From an archaeon (GTDB lineage: Archaea; Iainarchaeota; Iainarchaeia; Iainarchaeales; JAAZKV01), in the NCBI GenBank assembly GCA_036170245.1, contig JAVHOV010000009.1, forward strand, positions 1 through 20,439: a stretch of DNA of 20,439 nucleotides, given 5' to 3'. A program made the position numbers and the translations under genes. The notes under the pieces were generated by a model that did no database searches, was not told the origin of the DNA, and worked only from the letters and a program-made list of their open reading frames with translations. Positions 8,056 to 17,168 of this stretch are shown one piece after another. Every line of letters starts with the position of its first letter. Position 1 is the stretch's first letter.

Positions 8056-8772
8056 TTGTCATTATTTATTATAAAAAACAGGCCTATAGATTTAATTGAA
8101 TTGAGAATGCGAGGAGATTATTTAACTGAACAAATAATCTTGGGATTAAAAAACAGATCAAAGTTCCCAATAAATTTACAAACATTTTGCGAAATATTTC
8201 GCGATAATAAAACATGGTTCATGTATAGATTGAAAAAAGAACAGGACCTTGATTCAGAATTTGGAAGATATTTGTATAACCAGCAAAGTCCTTTTATGTT
8301 TAAACGAGAAGAACTTTCAAAGCCTTTAGTAAAAGATGTTCCCCTTAAAGAGGGTTTTATAGGACCTGAACTAAATCATTCAAAACAAATTGTAGATTTA
8401 TATAAAAAAATGCTTTATGAGATCTGTGCAAGTGAGGATAACACTTCTACTTATGGAGAAACAACAAAACTTGATGTTGATCTTATTTTAATTTTAAATG
8501 AAAGGTTAATTAGTTTTGGTCAGCAGGTTGCTTGGACTAAGTTCAGCACAATTAGTGATTTGTCAAAAGAAATTGATCCTGAAAAAATAAGAAGTATAAT
8601 TGTTTCAAGTGAAAGAGAATCTGATGTAATAAAACATTCAACTATGCTTGCTCAAAAGTATGGGCTGACAAATATTGAAAGCATACGTGATTTTACTAAA
8701 ATTTTGATTGATTTTACTACCCAAATTGAAATAGAAACTATATTGATGTTGGGTCAAAATCAATTGAAATAA
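8056..8772 (+). CDS. Hypothetical protein (weak PIN-domain-like C-terminal pattern)
   Basis: 238-aa ORF; the start may be ATG 8107. TKLDVDLILI...SIIVSSERESDV only loosely recalls PIN motifs. Confidence 0.6.
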   Translation: MSLFIIKNRPIDLIELRMRGDYLTEQIILGLKNRSKFPINLQTFCEIFRDNKTWFMYRLKKEQDLDSEFGRYLYNQQSPFMFKREELSKPLVKDVPLKEGFIGPELNHSKQIVDLYKKMLYEICASEDNTSTYGETTKLDVDLILILNERLISFGQQVAWTKFSTISDLSKEIDPEKIRSIIVSSERESDVIKHSTMLAQKYGLTNIESIRDFTKILIDFTTQIEIETILMLGQNQLK

Positions 8773-8825
8773 TTCTTGAAATATAATCCAAACGGATATA
8801 ATAATTAATATCCTTTATTTATTTT

Positions 8826-9776
8826 ATGAACAATACTAAAGTAGCTATAATTGGATCAGGCCCGAGCGGGCTAGCCGTTGCAAATAAATTAGTGCAAAAT
8901 TGTTTTGATGTTACTGTCTTTGATGAGTTAGGCGAATTTGGCGGGATGCTTGCTTATGGAATACCCCAATTTAGAATTCCATTAAATGTAGTTCAAAAAA
9001 GAATTGAGGATTCAAAAAAATTGGGAGTATTATTTGAAAAGAAAAAGATTGATTCAATTGTAAATTTATTTAATCAAAAAAAATTTGATTTAGTTGTAAT
9101 TGCAATAGGTGCGGGAAGTGGGACTAAAGCAGGATTTGTTAATGAAGAATCTTCTTTTGTAATTGACGCTTTGGATTTTCTCTTAAATGATAAATTGAAA
9201 AATGAGAAAATGGTCAGTTTTAATCAGAGTGTAGGTGTGATTGGCGGAGGAAACTCTGCAATTGATGCGGCAAGAGTGGCAAAAAAACAAGGTGCTAATG
9301 TAAAAATAATTTATAGGCGGACTGAAAATGAAATGCCTGCTTTAAAGCGAGAAATTATTGAAGCAAAAAAAGAGTTGGTTGAATTTAATTTTCTTCTTGC
9401 TCCAAAAAAACTAATTATAAATGATAAAAAATTAATTGAAACTAATAAATGCAAATTGATTTGTTCAGTAATGAAGTTAGGTGAAACTGATGCTACAGGA
9501 AGAAGAAAGCCGATTGAGTCAGGTGAAGTAAAGGAGTTTGTTTTTGACAAAGTAATTGTAGCAGTTGGACAGCAAAATAATTTTGAATGGATTGAAAAAG
9601 AAGGAATCAAAACAAATAAGAAAATTATTTTGGTTAATGAAAATTATTTGACTTCATTAGATAATGTTTATGCTGTGGGTGATGCAATAACAGGGGCAAA
9701 AACAATTGGGGAAGCAGTTCTTTTAGGAACAAAATGCGCTGAGAATATAATTTCAAAATATAGCCAAAATAAGTAG
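8826..9776 (+). CDS. FAD/NAD(P)-dependent oxidoreductase, GltD/SudA/NfnB-like, lacking the N-terminal Fe-S domain
   Basis: VAIIGSGPSGL, GGMLAYGIPQFRIP, VIGGGNSAIDAAR, YRRTENEMPA and VYAVGD. The protein starts directly at the Rossmann fold. Confidence 0.88.
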   Translation: MNNTKVAIIGSGPSGLAVANKLVQNCFDVTVFDELGEFGGMLAYGIPQFRIPLNVVQKRIEDSKKLGVLFEKKKIDSIVNLFNQKKFDLVVIAIGAGSGTKAGFVNEESSFVIDALDFLLNDKLKNEKMVSFNQSVGVIGGGNSAIDAARVAKKQGANVKIIYRRTENEMPALKREIIEAKKELVEFNFLLAPKKLIINDKKLIETNKCKLICSVMKLGETDATGRRKPIESGEVKEFVFDKVIVAVGQQNNFEWIEKEGIKTNKKIILVNENYLTSLDNVYAVGDAITGAKTIGEAVLLGTKCAENIISKYSQNK

Positions 9777-9929
9777 CTTATATAGACAAATTAGTATCTT
9801 ATTTAATTTAATTAGTAAAATAAGTATTAAATTTTACGAAATACGAATTGTTCAATTAAAAGTAATATATTTACGAATATAGTACCATATTGTTCGGTTT
9901 TTTAATGTTTTTGGTTTCTAATTTTCTTC

Positions 9930-11306
9930 ATGAGCACTAATGTAGTTCTTAAAATTGGCGGAGGAATCCTTAGAAACAAGGAATCTTTCGTGCGAGTAGT
10001 AGATATTGTAAAAAATAAGCAAGTAAACAATGAACGACAATTAATTGTAATTTCAGCTCTTTATGGTGTAACTGACTTTTTAATTAATTCATTAAATAAA
10101 TGTGTTTTGAACCAAAATATTGTGGAACAGAAAATAGTTGAATTAAAGAAAATGCATTTTGATTATTTAGAATATATTTCAAATCCTTTAGTTAAGCAGA
10201 AAGCTGCTTTTGAACTCAATGATAAAATTTCAATTCTTGAAAAGTTTTTATACGGAGTAAGTTACCTAAAAGAAGTTAGCCCAAGAAGCAAAGATTTAGT
10301 TCAAAGTTTTGGAGAAAGATTAAGCCCTGTTGTTCTTGAAGCATTTTTAAGCGATGCGCAAATTAATGCAAAATTCATTGATGCTGAAGAAGCAGGGATT
10401 TTGTGCAAAGGAAACTTTGAGAATGCTTATGTTGACCTTGAAAAAACTCAAGTGAACCTACACACAAAAGTTGATGAACTTCTTTTGTCAACAGTTGTTC
10501 TTTTGCCTGGATATTACGGAATTGATGACAGCGGAGATGTTAAGACATTTGGAAGAGGAGGAACTGATTACAGTTCTGGATTCATTGCAAATATATTTGA
10601 TGCAAAACTTGAAATTTGGAAAGATGTATCCGGATTCATGACTGCTGACCCTAAAATTGTAAAAAACGCAAAGCAAATTAATTCGCTTAGTTACGAAGAA
10701 GCTGAAGAATTAGGGTATTTAGGGGCAAAGATACTTCACCCAAAAACTATTGATCCATTAAGACAGAAAGGATTATGCGCCGAAGTAAAAAATGTATTTG
10801 CTCCCGAAGTAAAAGGAACAATAATCTGCGGTGAAAAAACAACAAATGATTCAGTAGTAAAATCAGTTACTGCTGTTAAGGATGTTGGAATTGTTTCAGT
10901 TGAAAGCTCAAGCATGGTAAATGTCCCAGGATTTGCTTCACTAATTTTTTCAAAATTAGCTGAAAAAGGAATTTCTATTGGAATGATTGTAACAAGCGAA
11001 GCTTCAATTGCATTTAGTGTTGACGCAAAAAATGTTGATGCTGCAGAAGACTGTGCAAAAAGCGTTTCAGATCAATATCCTTGCAAAGTAAGAACTCAAA
11101 AAGAAATATCTCTGCTTGCAATAGTTGGGGAAGGAATGAAAGCATCTCCAGGAGTATCAGGTAAATTATTTAGTTCACTTGGTGCAGCAGGAATAAATGT
11201 TGAAATGGTTTCCCAAGGTGCATCAGAAGCAAATGTTACAATTGCAGTAAGCAAAAATGATATTGATAAAGCAATTAATGTAACGCACAACGCTTTTGTA
11301 AATTAA
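9930..11306 (+). CDS. lysC: Aspartate kinase with two ACT domains
   Basis: VLKIGGG, VISAL, SFGERLS, TFGRGGTDYS, IWKDVSGFMTADPK, EAEELGYLGAKILHP, and ACT repeats (VGEGMKASPGV...INVEMVSQGASE). Confidence 0.95.
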   Translation: MSTNVVLKIGGGILRNKESFVRVVDIVKNKQVNNERQLIVISALYGVTDFLINSLNKCVLNQNIVEQKIVELKKMHFDYLEYISNPLVKQKAAFELNDKISILEKFLYGVSYLKEVSPRSKDLVQSFGERLSPVVLEAFLSDAQINAKFIDAEEAGILCKGNFENAYVDLEKTQVNLHTKVDELLLSTVVLLPGYYGIDDSGDVKTFGRGGTDYSSGFIANIFDAKLEIWKDVSGFMTADPKIVKNAKQINSLSYEEAEELGYLGAKILHPKTIDPLRQKGLCAEVKNVFAPEVKGTIICGEKTTNDSVVKSVTAVKDVGIVSVESSSMVNVPGFASLIFSKLAEKGISIGMIVTSEASIAFSVDAKNVDAAEDCAKSVSDQYPCKVRTQKEISLLAIVGEGMKASPGVSGKLFSSLGAAGINVEMVSQGASEANVTIAVSKNDIDKAINVTHNAFVN

Positions 11307-11356
11307 ATATAATTTAACTTTAATTATTTTAGATATTTTATTTGGAGGAATTAATT

Positions 11357-12457
11357 GTGAATGGAAAAGCAGAAAAACTAAGAGTAGGAATTCTTGGAGC
11401 AACCGGAATGGTTGGCCAGCAATACATCAAATTACTTGAAGGACACCCTTGGTTTAATGTAACGTTCGTTGCAGCATCTCCTAACTCAGCTGGAAAAAAA
11501 TATGTAGATGCAGTTAAAGGAAGATGGAGCATGACTCGACCAATTCCAAAAAACGTTTCTGAATTGATAGTGGAAGATGCAAATATTGTGTCAAAAGCTA
11601 TAGGAAAATGCGATTTTGTTTTCTCTGCGCTTGAACTTGATAAAGAAGCAACAAAGAAATTGGAAGAAGAATATGCTAAGAATAATATTCCTGTTGTGTC
11701 TAATTGCTCTGCAAACAGATTTTCTACTGACGTGCCAATGATTCTTCCTGAAATAAATCATTCACACTTAAGTATGATTCCAATTCAAAAAAAGAATCAT
11801 GGATTTGATAAAGGGTTTATTATAGTAAAACCAAACTGCTCGGTTCAAAGTTACTTAACTCCACTTTATGCTCTTGAAGCAAAAGGATATAAAATTTCTA
11901 GAGTAATTTTATCAACAATGCAGGCAGTCAGCGGAGCTGGTTACCCTGGAGTTCCATCGCTTGATATAGTTGATAATGTAATTCCATTTATTTCAGGAGA
12001 AGAAGAAAAGTCTGAAAAAGAACCATTGAAAATATTTGGTTCAATTAAGGATAATAAATTTGTCAACGCTGAAGGAATAAAATTTTCAGCACACTGCAAC
12101 AGAGTTGCTGTAATTGACGGGCACACAGCATGCGTTAGCTTTGAATTTGCTGACAGAAATAACAAACCAACAAAGGAAGAAATACTAAAAATCTGGAAAG
12201 AATTTTCTTCTCTTCCACAGGAATTGAATTTACCTTCAGCTCCCTTGCAGCCAATAATTTACACTGAAGAAGAGAATAGGCCTCAGCCAAGAAAGGACAG
12301 AGATTTGGATAAATCAATGGCGGTTGTTGTAGGAAGACTAAGAGAATGCAATGTATTTGATTATAGATTTGTAGGACTAAGTCATAATACTGTAAGAGGG
12401 GCAGCAGGAGGAGGAATTCTTAATGCTGAACTACTCAAAGCAAAAGGATTTCTTTAA
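11357..12457 (+). CDS. asd: Aspartate-semialdehyde dehydrogenase (archaeal/eukaryotic-like subtype)
   Basis: VGILGATGMVGQ, KPNC (catalytic Cys), QAVSGAG, CNRV..DGH and HNTVRGAAGG. GTG 11357 follows GGAGG. Confidence 0.96.
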   Translation: MNGKAEKLRVGILGATGMVGQQYIKLLEGHPWFNVTFVAASPNSAGKKYVDAVKGRWSMTRPIPKNVSELIVEDANIVSKAIGKCDFVFSALELDKEATKKLEEEYAKNNIPVVSNCSANRFSTDVPMILPEINHSHLSMIPIQKKNHGFDKGFIIVKPNCSVQSYLTPLYALEAKGYKISRVILSTMQAVSGAGYPGVPSLDIVDNVIPFISGEEEKSEKEPLKIFGSIKDNKFVNAEGIKFSAHCNRVAVIDGHTACVSFEFADRNNKPTKEEILKIWKEFSSLPQELNLPSAPLQPIIYTEEENRPQPRKDRDLDKSMAVVVGRLRECNVFDYRFVGLSHNTVRGAAGGGILNAELLKAKGFL

Positions 12458-12498
12458 AATAATTTTTTAGAAAAAGTGGCTAATAAGTTTAGCCATTT

Positions 12499-13431
12499 TT
12501 ACTTCTTTTCATATTCTTTTTTCATGTATTCAAAAGTTTGTTTTAATCCGTTTTCCATTGTTGTTTTCGGGTGCCAACCTAATTCTTTTTGGACCAGTTT
12601 TGTGTCAAGAACAATATCTCTTACTTCCCCCTTAACTGCTTCAATGTGCTTTGCTTCTCCTTTGTAGTGTGAGATTTTCTTTAATTCATTAAAGATTTGA
12701 TTCACACTGTACTGTGTTCCATTTGCCAAATTGAATAATTTTGATTTTGGATTTTTTTCCATTGAGTTAACTATGAATTCTGCTAAGTCTAAAACAAATA
12801 GAAAATCTCTTGTCTGTTCTCCGTCACCAAAAATAATCGGCTGTTCCCCTTTGAGTATTTGATCAGCAAATATTGAAGTAACTCTTTTGCATTTAGGGTC
12901 ATCCCTTATTCCATAAACATTTCCAAAACAAAAAATCAAATAATCTAAATTGTGAAGATCTTTGTATAATTTTACATAATGCTCTGCAGTATGCTTTGAT
13001 ATTCCGTAGGGTGAAGTTGGTTCAAGTGAATGATTTTCATCAACTGGCAAGTATTTTGGATTACCATATCTTGCTCCGCCGGTAGAAGTATAAATTATTT
13101 TTTTTACATTGCTGTTTTTACACGCCTCAAGAACATTAATTGTTCCAATAATGTTAGTAGTAGCATCAAAAATTGGTTCTTCTAAAGATTTTCTGAGCAT
13201 TACTTGTGCGGCAGTGTGAATTACAATTTGTGGTTTTTCTTTGTTGAAAATTTCAGTAAGTTCATTTCCTTTAGTAATATCAGCAATGATTAATTTGGCT
13301 TTGCTGTTTAATCTCTCTTTTTTTCCAGTGCTTAAATTATCAATTGCAACTACTTCATAGTTCTTTTTTATTAGTTCATCAACCAAGTGACTTCCAATAA
13401 ACCCGCATCCGCCAGTAACCAAAACTTTCAT
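12499..13431 (-). CDS. NAD-dependent epimerase/dehydratase, UDP-glucose 4-epimerase-like
   Basis: VLVTGGCGFIGSHL, DNLSTG, STGGA, PYGISK (YxxxK) and GDGEQTRDF. ATG 13431 follows AGGTG. Confidence 0.92.
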   Translation of the reverse strand: MKVLVTGGCGFIGSHLVDELIKKNYEVVAIDNLSTGKKERLNSKAKLIIADITKGNELTEIFNKEKPQIVIHTAAQVMLRKSLEEPIFDATTNIIGTINVLEACKNSNVKKIIYTSTGGARYGNPKYLPVDENHSLEPTSPYGISKHTAEHYVKLYKDLHNLDYLIFCFGNVYGIRDDPKCKRVTSIFADQILKGEQPIIFGDGEQTRDFLFVLDLAEFIVNSMEKNPKSKLFNLANGTQYSVNQIFNELKKISHYKGEAKHIEAVKGEVRDIVLDTKLVQKELGWHPKTTMENGLKQTFEYMKKEYEKK

Positions 13432-13502
13432 ATTTTTTACACCTGCCAAATAAAATTTAGTATTATTTTATTTAAGTACTTTATAGTACAAATATAATGC
13501 AA

Positions 13503-14216
13503 TTATTTTATTGAAAATGGATTAAAGTTTGTATTCTTGTCGAAATAATCTATTTGTTCTTTTCTTTTCAGCCAATTAATTATTTTGTAAGTTAAGGGAG
13601 TAAAGATTATTTCTATTCCTACTTTGAAAAAGTAATTTGAAATTATTACTGCGATTAATAAATCGGTGTTTAGTATTCCAAAAAAAGCAATCATGCAAAA
13701 TAGTGTTGTGTCAACTAACTCCCCTGCAATAGTTGAGCCAATAGTTCTGCTCCACAAATATTTTCCTTTAGTAATTAATTTCATTTTTGCTAGAATTATT
13801 GAATTAGTAAATGAGCCTGCCAAATATGCAACTAAACTTGCAAGAACAATCCTTGGAGCCATGCCCAAAATTAATTCAAATGCAGTTTGGTTTTCCCATC
13901 CGCTTGCTGAGGGAAGAAATTGAACTATTGCAAAAATAATTGTCATTAATGCAGCGCAAAAAAATCCAATCCAAATTGCTTTTTTTGCTTTCTTAAACCC
14001 ATAAACTTCAGTTAAAATATCTCCAAAAATGTAAGTCAATGGAAAAAGAAGAGTTCCTCCGTCAAAAGTGAAGATCCATAACGAAAGAATTTTTGTTGAA
14101 GCAATATTTGAAATTAGTAAGAATGAAACAAAAAGAGCCACTATATATGCGAAATAGGATTCAAGAGGAGCCAAAAGTAGTTCTTTATTTTTTTTGGGTT
14201 TATTTTTTGCTTTCAT
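13503..14216 (-). CDS. yhhQ: Queuosine/7-deazaguanine precursor transporter (YhhQ, COG1738/Vut_1)
   Basis: SNIASTK, FPLTYIFGDILTEVYG, PRIVLASLVAYL, LWSRTIGST..GELVDT and C-terminal DxNTNFNPF. Confidence 0.92.
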   Translation of the reverse strand: MKAKNKPKKNKELLLAPLESYFAYIVALFVSFLLISNIASTKILSLWIFTFDGGTLLFPLTYIFGDILTEVYGFKKAKKAIWIGFFCAALMTIIFAIVQFLPSASGWENQTAFELILGMAPRIVLASLVAYLAGSFTNSIILAKMKLITKGKYLWSRTIGSTIAGELVDTTLFCMIAFFGILNTDLLIAVIISNYFFKVGIEIIFTPLTYKIINWLKRKEQIDYFDKNTNFNPFSIK

Positions 14217-14272
14217 TATAGATAAAGAGCTAATGAATGGTTTTTTTAAATCATTTCAAACTCTATTTTGTT

Positions 14273-15994
14273 ATGGATTTTAAGGAACAAATAGTTTCAA
14301 TGTTGGCTAAAGAAACTAGTACTTCAGAAGATAATGTTCGTTCGCTTTTGAGTGTTCCTCCTCAAGGAATGGGGGATTATGCTTACCCTTGCTTTATTGT
14401 TGCAAAGAATCAGAAAAAGAGCCCTGTACTCGTTTCTAATGAGTTATCTGCTAAGATTAATGCACCTTTTATAGAAAAGGTTGAATCAAAGGGGCCTTAC
14501 ATCAACATTTTCCTTGCAAAATCATCAGTTTCTAATAGCGTACTTGAGGGTATATTTACTGGCAAAGCATTTGAAACAAAATTAGGTTCTGGCAAAGTAA
14601 TGGTTGAATATTCTTCTCCAAACACAAACAAACCGCTTCACGTTGGGCACTTAAGAAACAATATTTTGGGACTAGCAATTTCTAACTTGCTTTCTTCAAC
14701 TGGACACAATGTAATCAAAGCGAATTTGATTAATGATAGAGGAGTGCATATTTGCAAAAGCATGCTTGCTTACAAGTTATATGGAAACAATAGAGACCCA
14801 GTTAAAGAAGGAGTAAAGCCAGATCACTTTGTTGGAGAAATGTATGTTTTGTTCAGTACCAAAGCTAAAGAAAATCCGGTATTAGAGGAAGAAGCACAAA
14901 AAATGCTTTTACTGTGGGAACAAGGGGACAAAGAAGTAATTGAACTGTGGAAAAAAATGAATGCTTGGGCAATTGGGGGAATGAAAGAAACTTATACTAA
15001 TTTTGGAACAAAATTTGATCGTTGGTTTTTAGAATCAGAAATGTTTCACAAAGGGAACAAACTTGCGCTAATTGAAGAAGGGTTAAGTAAAGGAGTTTTC
15101 AAAAAAGAAGATAATGGCGCAATTGCTGCAATTTTAGAACCAGAACTACCAAATAAAGTAATTGTTAGGGGAGACGGAACTAGTTTATATGCGACAAATG
15201 ACTTAATGCTCACTCAGTTGAAGTTTGATGAATTCAAATTGGATAAAGCAATTTGGGTTGTTGCAAATGAACAGGATTTGTATTTCAAACAATTGTTTTC
15301 AATTTTTAATAAACTTGGAAGAGAATGGGCGAAGAACTGTTTCCACTTAAGTTACGGTTATGTTACACTTCCTAGTGGAAAAATGAAATCTCGTGAAGGA
15401 ACTGTTGTTGATGCTGATGATTTACTTACTGATGTAGAATCACTGTCCTTAGAAGAAATTTCAAAAAGATATCCTGCTCTTAGTGAAAGCGAAAAGAAAG
15501 AAAGAGCAAGACAAATTGCTCTAGGTGGAATAAAATTCTTGCTTTTGAAAAGCGATGCAAAGAAGGATATGGTTTTTGACAAAACTGTTGCACTTGCATT
15601 TGACGGGGAAACTGGACCCTATTTGCAATACACTTATGCTCGAGCAAAAAGTATTATACGAAAAGCAGAGAAAGATTTTTCAATTAAGTTAAGTGATTTA
15701 GATAAAGCGAATTATTCTCTTTTGGTTCATCATAAAGAGAAAGAATTGATAATGGATTTAGGAAAGTACTCTGACACAATTAAGAAATCTTGGGAAGAGC
15801 TATCCCTTCACTCAATGTGCCACCTTCTGTTAGCAATTGCCGAGGATTTCAATTCATATTATCATGAAGTATCAGTTTTGAAGGCAGAGAACAGAGAAGA
15901 AATAATTGCAAGGTTAGCTTTGGTTAATGCAACTACAATTGTTTTGAAAAAAGGACTTGCATTGCTTGATATTGATGCAATAGAAGAAATGTAA
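14273..15994 (+). CDS. argS: Arginine--tRNA ligase
   Basis: VEYSSPNTNKPLHVGHLRN (HIGH motif), GKMKSREG, GETGPYLQYTYAR and C-terminal IEEM. ATG 14273 preferred (ORF track start 14237). Confidence 0.98.
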   Translation: MDFKEQIVSMLAKETSTSEDNVRSLLSVPPQGMGDYAYPCFIVAKNQKKSPVLVSNELSAKINAPFIEKVESKGPYINIFLAKSSVSNSVLEGIFTGKAFETKLGSGKVMVEYSSPNTNKPLHVGHLRNNILGLAISNLLSSTGHNVIKANLINDRGVHICKSMLAYKLYGNNRDPVKEGVKPDHFVGEMYVLFSTKAKENPVLEEEAQKMLLLWEQGDKEVIELWKKMNAWAIGGMKETYTNFGTKFDRWFLESEMFHKGNKLALIEEGLSKGVFKKEDNGAIAAILEPELPNKVIVRGDGTSLYATNDLMLTQLKFDEFKLDKAIWVVANEQDLYFKQLFSIFNKLGREWAKNCFHLSYGYVTLPSGKMKSREGTVVDADDLLTDVESLSLEEISKRYPALSESEKKERARQIALGGIKFLLLKSDAKKDMVFDKTVALAFDGETGPYLQYTYARAKSIIRKAEKDFSIKLSDLDKANYSLLVHHKEKELIMDLGKYSDTIKKSWEELSLHSMCHLLLAIAEDFNSYYHEVSVLKAENREEIIARLALVNATTIVLKKGLALLDIDAIEEM

Positions 15995-16016
15995 ATAAAA
16001 TTATTTATAAAAAAAA

Positions 16017-17135
16017 TTATTTAAAAAATCTTGAACCAATAATACTATTCATAACAAATTTTCCGCGTTCAACAGGATTTTTGATTTTAGCTGATTCCCT
16101 ATCCATCTCAATATACATTTCTTCACTCGCATTAAGAGCACGGTTCAATATTTCTTTAGCCAATTTAGGATCTTTTTGGGCTAATGTTTTAATATTTGGG
16201 TCAAAGTATCTCAATCCAATTACTAGCATGTAATAGTCTTTTTTTGTCATTTCTTCAGCAGTTTTTCCTTGACTCATTACTCTCTCAGCAAGGGCATATT
16301 TATCAAGGTACAATTCTCTATCCATACGAACTCTTTTGTTTGCGTGATTAAAATCAAAATACATTTTGTTATGCCATAATCCAAGATTTCCCATTACATT
16401 AATTTCCTTCCCTTTTAATCTTTCAAGTTTAAGCTGAGGAAATATATTAACTGCCAAATCAAGTCTTTTCTCCATACCCTCTGCAATTCTTTTATTCCTT
16501 AATTTCTGCAAATCATTTGCCATTTTATTTTTTTTCATTTCATTTTGCACCAGTTCACCTAAAGTTGCATTCGAATTGCAAAGCCGCTCCCATTCAGATT
16601 CACTCTGCATTATTCTTTTGCTCATTTCATTCATTTGCACAAACTCTCTTTCGGAATATTCTTCAATTGGGAGGACCTTAACTCCCCTAATTGCTGCCCC
16701 TGTAAAGAGACTAATAAGAAAATCATCTGTCATTTTTCTTGCTTGACCCAAACTTTTTTTACATTCTTCAAAAGCAATTTCTTTGGAGACTCCTTTTTTT
16801 GTGAGTGCAGTAAATTTGTTTCTTGCTGAAACTAAATCAGAATCAAGTGATTTTACATCCTGTGCATAAGTCTTTGACCTGGCTCCCGCAAGTTCAATAA
16901 ATAATAATTTTACCGGCTTTCCTTTTTTTGAAGCTAAATCCATTTCAGCAAGCATTTGATTTGCGTGCTTGCTTGTGTTATGTGTTAAAAATGCTACTTT
17001 CATTGAGTAAACAGGTTTTGCGTGAGTTATGAATGGAATTTGTTTTTGAGCCATTCTTGCAGCTCCAAATACAAGAGCTCCTCCTAAAGCAAGTTTAGCA
17101 GCAGTTTTTGCAACACGTTTAAACTTTTTATTCAT
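16017..17135 (-). CDS. Hypothetical exported protein, possible TIKI/TraB/EreA/ChaN-superfamily hydrolase
   Basis: Basic then hydrophobic N-terminus, followed in order by VAFLTH, LLFIE, AAIRGVKVLPIE, RNKRIA and VMGNLGLWH. Confidence 0.6.
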   Translation of the reverse strand: MNKKFKRVAKTAAKLALGGALVFGAARMAQKQIPFITHAKPVYSMKVAFLTHNTSKHANQMLAEMDLASKKGKPVKLLFIELAGARSKTYAQDVKSLDSDLVSARNKFTALTKKGVSKEIAFEECKKSLGQARKMTDDFLISLFTGAAIRGVKVLPIEEYSEREFVQMNEMSKRIMQSESEWERLCNSNATLGELVQNEMKKNKMANDLQKLRNKRIAEGMEKRLDLAVNIFPQLKLERLKGKEINVMGNLGLWHNKMYFDFNHANKRVRMDRELYLDKYALAERVMSQGKTAEEMTKKDYYMLVIGLRYFDPNIKTLAQKDPKLAKEILNRALNASEEMYIEMDRESAKIKNPVERGKFVMNSIIGSRFFK

Positions 17136-17168
17136 ACTAAGAATAAGTTGAAGTTATACTTAAACTTT

